A stretch of DNA of 64,000 nt from Octopus vulgaris (taxonomy: Eukaryota). The translations under genes and the position numbers were made by a program. Numbering within the stretch: position 1 is the stretch's first letter; each line of letters starts with the position of its first letter. This document shows, in pieces, positions 54,675 through 64,000 of this stretch. Where the stretch lies: the NCBI GenBank assembly GCA_951406725.2, contig OX597828.1:22072001-22136000 (forward strand), read 5' to 3'. A model generated the notes under the pieces. The model saw only the letters and a program-made list of their open reading frames with translations. It did not search any database and had not been told where the DNA came from.

Positions 54675-55008
54675 GTGAAGGCGCATGGCTCAGTGGTGAG
54701 AGCGTCGGGCCCACATTCATGAGATAGCATGTTCGATTCCCGGACTGGGCTGTGTTGTGTTCTTGAGCAAGACACTTTCTTTCACGTTGCTCCAGTTTAC
54801 TCAGCTGTAGAAATGAGTTGCGCATCACTGGTGCCAAGCTGTATCGGCCTTTGCGTTTCCCTTGGATAACATCGGTGGCATGGTGAGGAAAAGCTGGTAT
54901 GCGTGGCTGACTGCTGGTCTTCCATGGACAACCTGACCCGGACTTGTGCCTCGGAGGGTAACTTTCTAGACGCAATCCCATGTTCGTTCATGACCGAAGG
55001 GGGTCTTT
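54675..55008 (+). mobile_element. tRNA-derived SINE, family D-related head with a different tail
   Basis: tggctcagtggt (A box), gttcgattccc (B box), cttgagcaagacactt..tttcacgttgctccagt shared with 24123. Confidence 0.85.
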
Positions 55009-55757
55009 AATATTTCATTATGTATGCGAAGACTGTGTTAAATAATGCTAACCATAATTGTAAGCATAAATGAACCCCAGGGGAAGGTAGAGATCGCCAA
55101 ATTAACAAAACTAATATTTAAAAATTTTGAAACGATTATCCAAGGGTGGCAGGAAGCAAAAGTCATACAAGCGTGATATTAATTTTCGTTTGAGCGGTTG
55201 AGTCCTTAGTCACTGGCCACGCTTGAGCAAACTTTAGCGATATATTTTTCAAAGAGCATTTTTCTTGTCATATTTCAGGGACATCAGTATAAAAAGCTAC
55301 AGAGCTGTACAAGACAGGATATTTAAATTCGAACGCAAAGATATATAACCAAAATGCCGCAACAGGTACTGTCTGATGTTCTACCGATTTTGATGTGCAT
55401 AAAATCAACATATAAAACTGATAACTGAATAAATAATTTTGTAGGTGGGCAAAGGTCGCAGAGATGAAGCTTTATAAGTTCAGAGTTCTTGTTGTATGCT
55501 GAATGCTCTCCACGTCTTAATGAACAAAAAGGCCGCGTAGGAACAAATATTCGAACATGGGATCTCGTTATTTCAAAAGAAACTGCTTGTTCATTCCGCT
55601 ATATGTAGTAATATATATATTACCACAGACAAATGGAGAAACACACAAGGAAATATGCACGGGCGCTCACACATACACACGCACACGAAGGGACGCCCCC
55701 CACTCCACACCAACAACAACACACATGTATACAAGTATATATACATATATATATATA

Positions 55758-55801
<44 letters not shown>

Positions 55802-56101
55802 TATATATGTATGTATATATACATATATATGTATATATATATGTATATATATATATATATATAAATATATATATATATATGTACAGTTGTATAAGTATAT
55901 ACATACGTATATACATAGTGTCTGCGTATATATGTATGTACATGCGTACTATATATATTCGCATGTAAAAGTATGACCACAACTACACACGTATATATAA
56001 ATGTGTGTATATATGTATGGAAAGATATATATCCATATATATATATGCATATATATACAGTTATACATATATAAATATATATATATATATATATATGTAT
56101 G

Positions 56102-56166
<65 letters not shown>

Positions 56167-56393
56167 GTACGCTTACGCACAAACACGCCCACACATACAC
56201 GTAATATATACGGAAATGCATTCATAAACGTATCGATACATAATCAACAAATACCTATAGGCGTGTATATGTATACATGTGGGTATAATTTGCGTTATAA
56301 GTTAATGTGTTACGAGGAATAGAAAAGCAAAAGAGAGAAAGAAACGGACAGATATCGGAGGAGAGAAAAGGAAAAAAAGACAGCCACACACAA

Positions 56394-56444
<51 letters not shown>

Positions 56445-56866
56445 CACCAAACCTACAGAGAAACACTTTGCGGCAGCACCCACGCTCCCCCACTAACCCA
56501 AGAAAGAAACAAACATGGAAAAAAATATGGCGGTGTTGTGAGAAGAGAAAAAAAAACCCGGCTTGTCGCAGAGAAAGAAAGAGCGTGACCCATCCTCACT
56601 CGGGCGGTTATCTTAACAGATATAACTCTCATTCATATTAAGTTATCACCAGACCAAAATATGATGTCTTTTCTATCTTGAATGTGCTTTACATATTTGC
56701 TTATTGATTTCTCGATTTCGCTCTTTCATCTGCCTCTTTTATTCCCAGATATACATACATGTACAAAGATATGGTGTTGCACGCATGCATATATTTGTGT
56801 ATGTATATATATATATTTGTATATTTGTGTATATATATATATATATATATATAGGTAGATAGCTAG

Positions 56867-56918
<52 letters not shown>

Positions 56919-57213
56919 GTATATTTAATATATGGATATTTTTACTTCTATATGTCTTGTTATATATGTACATGTACAAACACATGCATATATATATATA
57001 TGGGTGTATATAATTGACTATGTATGCATAACCATATACAACTACAACACTCAAGAATAACCTATATAAACATGAATAGAGACATGTCTCAGTATATGCA
57101 TATATATGTATGTGTGCATGTATATATATATATGTATGTGTGTGTGTTTGTGCATGCGCATATATATATATATGTGTGCGTGCATGTATATGCATATGTG
57201 TGTGTGTGTCTGT

Positions 57214-57284
57214 GTGGAGGCGCGTGGCTTAGTGGTTAGGGTGTCAGCATCATGATCATAAGATTGTGGTTTCGATTCCTGGAC
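57214..57284 (+). mobile_element. Family D SINE head, truncated
   Basis: Near-identical to 24123-24193. Confidence 0.85.
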
Positions 57285-57285
57285 A

Positions 57286-57347
57286 AACGGGAACGTGAAA
57301 CTCTGAGTAACAGTTTTTCTAATATTCTTGCTGCTTTTTAATAAAGT
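57286..57347 (+). mobile_element. 5'-truncated copy of the 5409 hammerhead element
   Basis: acg ggaa cgt-GAAA-ctctgag-TA-acag...tgctgctt...aataaag; lacks CTGATG. Confidence 0.8.
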
Positions 57348-57363
57348 ATGTATATGTATGTGA

Positions 57364-57450
<87 letters not shown>

Positions 57451-57986
57451 CATATAAGTACGTATGTGTGCGTGCCAGTGCCTACTAGTCTCACGCCAAC
57501 CACTCGTCAACGGGTGTCGGTTTGTTTATGTCCATGCATTAAACTGGCAGATGATGGACACAGCGAAACCGGACGTGAGAAACCTCTGTGCCAGCTGTCA
57601 GGTCTTAATAGCTTGCAGCGTAATGGACTGCAACAGCAGGAAATGACGTACCTCGTTGAACGGAGAGTACTTATGCCTAGGAACACAAAACGAAACTATG
57701 ACGTCATGGTCTTTAGCTTAATACTGTAACCATTGGGTGAATTATTAATCACATAAATATTATCATCCGTGATTAGTTCTCCTAATGAGAATTAATTATC
57801 ACTTCTGCATTTTACTTTCAATGAAGAAAGGTTGTGGGTTCTGAGTCCATGTGTTGTACCCAATATAATCGCAGTCAGTTCATAATTAGAATGAAACACT
57901 AGCCCTAAATGCTACGGACATCGATGGGATGATTAGGTGGGGAGTGTCTTTAACATAAGCTTCTCTTTAAATCCGATCATACAACT

Positions 57987-58295
57987 GGCACTCTGTCGGA
58001 TACGACGACAAGCGCTCCAGTTGATCCGAACAACGAGACATCCTGCTCGTGAAATTAACATGCAAGTGGCTAAGCACTTCACAGATACTTATACACTTAA
58101 CATAGAACCCAGAGACATTCAGCGGCACACAGAATGCGAAAAGACTGGCCTTTTGAAATACAGGTACTACACATCTTTTGCCAGCTTTTGGTGAAGTGGA
58201 GCAACATGAAATAAAATGTCTTGCTCAAGGACAAAGATATCGCCTGATACCGAACTTACAACCAAATACCCCTTACCATTCAGCCACTCGGCCTC
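57987..58295 (-). mobile_element. SINE with D-like central part and A-like tail
   Basis: ctgctcgtgaaattaac (A tail) joined to gtggagcaac..gaaat...cttgctcaag (D domain). Confidence 0.75.
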
Positions 58296-58744
58296 TTACG
58301 AACACACATCTGCCTTCATATTAAACTACTATATGTGGATCTCTGATGCTTCCTCTACTTACAGATGTAACTTTTTTCCTCGTTATTACCACGGTCGTCG
58401 TTTAAATTCAAAATAAACTTTTACCCAGTACGTGTTATATCCAGATAAACTATATCCTGGTCTATGTTACCGAACAAGGCTTTGGTATATCTCTTCCAAG
58501 ACCAAATAATTTGACTTGAGGAACATTCAGCTCCTAAGTCTAGATCTCCGAGCGATCACACGATTAAGTCACTTTCACAGAGAAACACATATTTCCAAAA
58601 TGATGCAAATTGGAGAACTGGTATTGTGCGAAACAAGCTCTTAAATTATATTTGAAATATAATTTCCTTTCTTCAGATTTATTTTATTTTGTGAAATATT
58701 TATAGGTTTCAAATGTTTCCACAGATCCGGCAATTTCTGGGGTA

Positions 58745-58895
58745 CTTAATTATCAACTGGTACTTAATTTATCGGATCCGAAAGTTTCAAAAGCAAACTC
58801 GACCTCTGAGGAATTTGAACTCAGAACGTAAAGACAGACGAAATGCCGTTAAATATTTTGTCCGTCGTACTGACGATTCTACCATCTCAGAGCCT
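58745..58895 (-). mobile_element. Family C SINE, diverged
   Basis: actggtacttaatttatcg...gaatttgaactcagaacgtaaagacagacgaaatgcc. Confidence 0.75.
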
Positions 58896-59890
58896 TAATA
58901 TATGAATTTACATGGCCTAATTCTCAGGGAGTTGTATTCACGATCACAAGACCGTGGTTTGTTCTTCCAGATCGACAGTCTGTTGTGCTCTAGATCAAAC
59001 CGCCTCATTTCACTTTGCTGCGGTTCAGTCAGATGTGAATGGATAGCACTGCGGCAAATAGGCACCTCGCTCAGGGTGGGATAGCTAGATGATGGCCTGC
59101 CCACCTAGCAAGTAGGGTACCTACATTCAAAACTTGCAACAATGCAAGGCAGTGCAATGTTCTACATGAATTGATTGTCTGGTCAATAGAGTGATTAACA
59201 ATTACATTCTAAAAGTAACCTCTAGTTGTACTGTCTTTATAGATAAGCAGTCTATGACATTTAAAAGTCGTAAATCGAGTGTCTTCCTCGCAGAAACAAT
59301 GCCATGTCTACGAGAAATAAAACAAGAAAAAATACTACGATAATACATATAACAGAAAACATAGAATAACCTATTCACTTTCATAAAGTAATTTGATGGT
59401 AACTGATAGCAATTAACAACATATCCGACATCCGCCATGATTATCGCAATAGGGTTATCTCCACCTTGAGCTTTTCTGTACTAAATTACGACAGGTTTCC
59501 GCTATTGTTGGCGCTAATAAAACTTGTTAAAGGTCATTGATACTCTTCTTGTACAGTTGTTATTTTCTCACTTGGAGACGATAGCAAACTTTATTAACAT
59601 ATTTCATCTACTTTAGTAGGAAATTCATTTAAGAGTTTGCAACATGTCAAACTAAAATCTTTGAAGTCGTTGACACATATTAACGGTTTAGGAGTGAACC
59701 GAGAAAGATTTCGAGTGAAATGAATTAAAAGATTCAACTAGGAGTGTTAGAGACATGTACGATAATATTTATTGCTGAGACAAGACAGTAGTGAAATTTC
59801 ATAGCTTTCCTTCAATAATACGACAGTTGCTTAATTCAAATTCTAATTCTCTCCTCTCTCTTCCTATTCCATATCTGTCTCTGTTCAGAC

Positions 59891-59983
<93 letters not shown>

Positions 59984-60400
59984 GACATATGAGTGCTTGT
60001 ATGTGTGTATGTGTGCGTTACGTGTGTGTGCTATGTGTGTGTGTGTGTGTGAGTGCTTTTGTGTGTATTACATACGTATATCGTATGAGGTTTTGCTTAC
60101 ACCATTTATCTTATTTCTCTGACTCGGTTCAGTCACTGGACTGCGGCCATGCAGTGGCAGCGTTTCGAAATGATTTTGTCAGACCCATCGCTCCCGGTGT
60201 TTAAATATTCGAAAGTCTTGTACTTAATCTGTCGATCTCTTTTGCTGACGGTCAAGGTGATTGAACATAAACCAACTAACATCGTTCTAAATCGACAGAC
60301 AGAAACTCACAAAGATACAAATACATGCATATATACATTCGTGCATACATACATGCAAACAGATATATACATACACACACACATATATATATATATGTAT

Positions 60401-60456
<56 letters not shown>

Positions 60457-60638
60457 TAATAATAGTTATTCTACCAATTATACACGTTTTTATTATTATT
60501 TTTGGAATTTACTTAATCATTGGCATTTTATTGTTATTTTAATTTTAATATTTCTATTATATGTAATTTTCTAGATGTGTGTAATTTAATTGTTCAATTT
60601 GAATTGATAAAAGGTATTGTTTTCTAATTTATATTTTA

Positions 60639-60680
<42 letters not shown>

Positions 60681-60816
60681 CATATATATATATACATATA
60701 CATACATATATAATATATATCTGCATGTATGCATGTATGTATATATGTGTGTATGTATGTGTGATTACGTATGTATGCATGCAAGCATATATCTATGTAT
60801 ATATGTGTGTATGTAA

Positions 60817-60950
60817 GGTGGTGACCTAACAGAATCGTTAGCATACCGGACGAAATGCTTAACATTATTTCGTCCGTCTTTACGTTCTATGTTCAAAGTA
60901 CGGTGACGTTGACTTTGCCTCTCATCGCTTAGGTGATCGATAAAACAATT
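60817..60950 (+). mobile_element. Family C SINE, 5' part
   Basis: ggtggtgacctaacagaatcgttagc...gactttgcctctcatc. Confidence 0.75.
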
Positions 60951-61169
60951 ACCATATGAACTCTGAAATACTCCAAGGTAAGCGTCTTAAAATCTGCACC
61001 CTTCTGCCAAACTATGTCGAGCTAGGACGGTAGATTACGCTCATCAAACCAATGTGATCTCAAGCTCAAATTCACGTCATCATACGTGACCGTGGTTGGT
61101 GGAGGGAATATACTGATGCCTTGGTTATTCAATGGATTGAACATAGGCATTCAGTATATATATATATAT

Positions 61170-61429
61170 TGTATAGAGGGCATTATTACACATAAATGCC
61201 TCACGCTAAGAGGCACATAAGTCATTACTACAAAAATTTAACTAATCGTACCTAATGCAGTTTTCGAAGCAAGACATTTAAAAAACTGAATTTAGTTCTA
61301 TATCACCTGTGATTTCACACTTAACGCATCAAATACGTCTATGTTCATCAGTAGAACTGATTCTGAACGCATCATAAATAAACGACCAATATACCTGGCG
61401 AAGTCAAACATACATCTGCTCCCTCTTAA

Positions 61430-61432
<3 letters not shown>
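61170..61432 (-). mobile_element. ~260-bp non-coding hammerhead element flanked by (TA)n on both sides
   Basis: Sharp TA-repeat boundaries; intact HHR in the middle. Confidence 0.7.
61294..61358 (-). ncRNA. Intact type I hammerhead ribozyme
   Basis: Minus strand: agttcta-CTGATGA-acat a gacgtat ttg atgcgtt aa gtgt-GAAA-tcac ag gtga-TA-tagaact. 7-bp stem I, extended stem II, stem III, AUA triplet; predicted cut between 61301 and 61300. Confidence 0.88.
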
Positions 61433-61490
<58 letters not shown>

Positions 61491-61665
61491 TGCATGTGCA
61501 TATATATGTATATATATATATATATGTATGTATGTGTAGGGAATTTGGTAGACAGGTGCTGCGTACATCTAATTATCTATCTCCCGTTCTCTCCCTCCCT
61601 TACTCCCTCTCACTCCTTCTCTCTCTTAATATATATATGTTTATATATATATACATATATATATT

Positions 61666-61910
61666 TACGAGGAGGTACCCAAAAGTAACCGGAAACATTC
61701 TCAGTGGGACAAGATAAGCCCGTTGCAGTTCAGGCGCCCACCGCTAGAACCCACTAGATATAGCAGTGATGCGGTATCTCTGCTTTGCAGTGCTTCTCGC
61801 CTGTTCGTCGATGTTTGCTTTGGTTGAAACGAAGGAGCAACGTGCTTCCGAGAAATTCAGTTTTCTGCTGGAGAAAATGTTGGTTGAAGCAGCCTACGAG
61901 GATGCTGGTG
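61666..61910 (+). mobile_element. Mariner transposon 5' remnant (TIR plus start of transposase)
   Basis: TACGAGGaGGTACCCAAAAGTAACCGGAA terminus; KEQRASEKFSFLLEK...AAYEDA resembles the mariner N-terminal HTH (EQR..IKF.F..GK...AYG). Confidence 0.7.
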
Positions 61911-62319
61911 GTTTTTCACAGTTTTGAAAATCCAAGCTGTGTCTCCTGTAGGCATATCTGCTTATTCCAGTACTTCCATTCAGTATGTGTTAGAGTTGGA
62001 AATTCTGGAAATATAGTTTGTGGACTTAGTACATGACATACACGGGTGCAGCAAATTTCCTTTGGTATTTATTTATCATTACACATGTTACATTTGTCAA
62101 TAAGAATCAGAAAACTGAACAGCTTGGAGAAACCTGTAAGAAATCAATTAAAAATTCTTCAGACAGAGAATTATATAAACGGCATTATTTGATTCTTTGT
62201 CTGAAGAATTTCTAAAAGGAAAAATTTTAAAGTTTCGCCAACATGTATGACATTGTGATTCCTATTGACAAATAAAACTTGTGTAACGGGGATTAAATGA
62301 TAATAAAAAAAAAATATGT

Positions 62320-62525
62320 TGTACTCTTTCACCACAACTTTCTCTCACTCGTTCTTCCTGTTTCTGTTGTACCTGTATTTCAAAGGGCCGGCCTTGTCAA
62401 GATCTGTGTCACGCAGAAATCTCCCCGAGAACTACATTAAGGGCACACGTGACGTTAACTTCACGAGCCGGCTGTTCGTAGATTGACCCAACTAGAGCCC
62501 TCATTATTATAACCGAAGGAGTGCC
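62320..62525 (+). mobile_element. Family A SINE, 5'-truncated
   Basis: tgtactctttcaccacaactttctctcactc...aaccgaaggagtgc matches 7017-7194. Confidence 0.85.
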
Positions 62526-62528
62526 GTA

Positions 62529-62628
<100 letters not shown>

Positions 62629-63123
62629 GTATGAATTAGAAAAAGGGTATATATATATATACATATTTCTATGTGTAAATGTATATGCATACATTACCTG
62701 TATGTTTATATATGTGTATATATATATATATATATATAGGAATATATACGTTAATACATACGTATATTATTACATTAGGATAAAAACAACAAACACTCGT
62801 ACACACACTCGTACAAATGAACATACACATAATTACATAAGTATATAAATGTGTACATACAAATACACGCACCAAAACCTACTCACAAACAAGCACACAC
62901 GTTACACAATTCGAACACGCACCTACACCCCTAAAACACTTCCAACACGCATATATCGATTCTTCACAAAAATTAACCATCTCAAAAGAATCAGGTTAGC
63001 GTTGAGTTACCTTCTCATCTGCTGACAGCTTCAACTATCTGTATACGCAACGTCACACACCGGTGTCCAACGCGATGTTATGTATTCCGATATTTTCAGT
63101 GAAAAAAGAAAGAATTACAACAA

Positions 63124-63158
<35 letters not shown>

Positions 63159-63351
63159 GAGAAAATAAAGAAAACACAAGAGAAAGCAACCTTGTGAAAT
63201 TCAACATATTGCCTGCAAGTTGAAGAGTATTTGAGCACATATATATATATATATATGTGAGTGTATATATATATATATATATATACACTCACATATATAT
63301 ATACAAAACAAATATACATATATATACATATACATATGTACATATACATAC

Positions 63352-63385
<34 letters not shown>

Positions 63386-63595
63386 GCATATATGTATATG
63401 TATATATGTGTATGTGTCTGCGTGTCTGTGTGCGATTGTGCATGAATATATATGTAAGGTATATGTGTATATCGTAGTTTGTTTATGCACAACTGGAAAC
63501 ATATAACAATATCTATATACGAGTGTGTATGTGTATATATGTATGTGAAAATATACATATATATATATGTATATATACATATATGTACAAACCTT

Positions 63596-63627
<32 letters not shown>

Positions 63628-63637
63628 CATATACAAA

Positions 63638-63699
<62 letters not shown>

Positions 63700-64000
63700 T
63701 GTATATATATATATGTGTGTGTATACGTAAGTATATCGTTTGACACCTCTAAGTACACATGTTGCACTCTGCTGTATCCTGCCTTTTGGCATTGTGTAAG
63801 TCCATTAACAATATTGTACGTTTTATACAAACAACAATAACTACGACAACAACACCAACAACAACAACAACAACAACAGCAACATTAAGAAGACAAAAAA
63901 ACAAAATGGACTGACAATGGTTCCTGATTCAATAATCTTGCCTTCTCTTATGTTTTGTCCAGATGTATGAGTGGTTTGTATGACTGTTGTGTGCAAGCGT

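Noticed and set aside
57544-57595. cagatga...GAAACCGGac, possible decayed hammerhead
   Set aside because: Two core positions are wrong and stem II is unconvincing.
63005-63045. Possible minus-strand micro-exon (AG...GTAAC)
   Set aside because: Weak polypyrimidine tract and no other exons to support it.

Overview
AT-rich, microsatellite-saturated eukaryotic DNA with no supportable host-gene exon, rRNA, real tRNA or CRISPR array. The SINE families and (TA)n/(TG)n/(TTA)n/(TATC)n density point to an Octopus-type cephalopod genome (inference from recognition, not a search). Nearly all ORF-track entries are microsatellite artefacts. Recognisable content: (1) the 3' end of a Penelope-like element (PLE) with a GIY-YIG endonuclease ORF at 1-786, plus decayed PLE remnants; (2) dozens of tRNA-derived SINE copies from about four families, several with clear target-site duplications (TSDs); (3) five co-oriented R4/Dong-type retrotransposon 3' ends stacked in one (TTA)n array at 44.1-47.2 kb; (4) mariner remnants and decayed RTE, CR1/L2, L1/Tx1 and Gypsy-like fragments. 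The most interesting signal is a set of short non-coding elements inserted in or beside (TA)n tracts that carry type I hammerhead ribozyme (HHR) motifs. At least six sequence-unrelated families occur (near 1615, 3657, 5010, 5355/5409, 26606, 43417, 61294). Three are long fold-back palindromes whose apex or breakpoint lies at the ribozyme, and a fourth copy is 5'-truncated inside it. All alignments and folds were done by eye.
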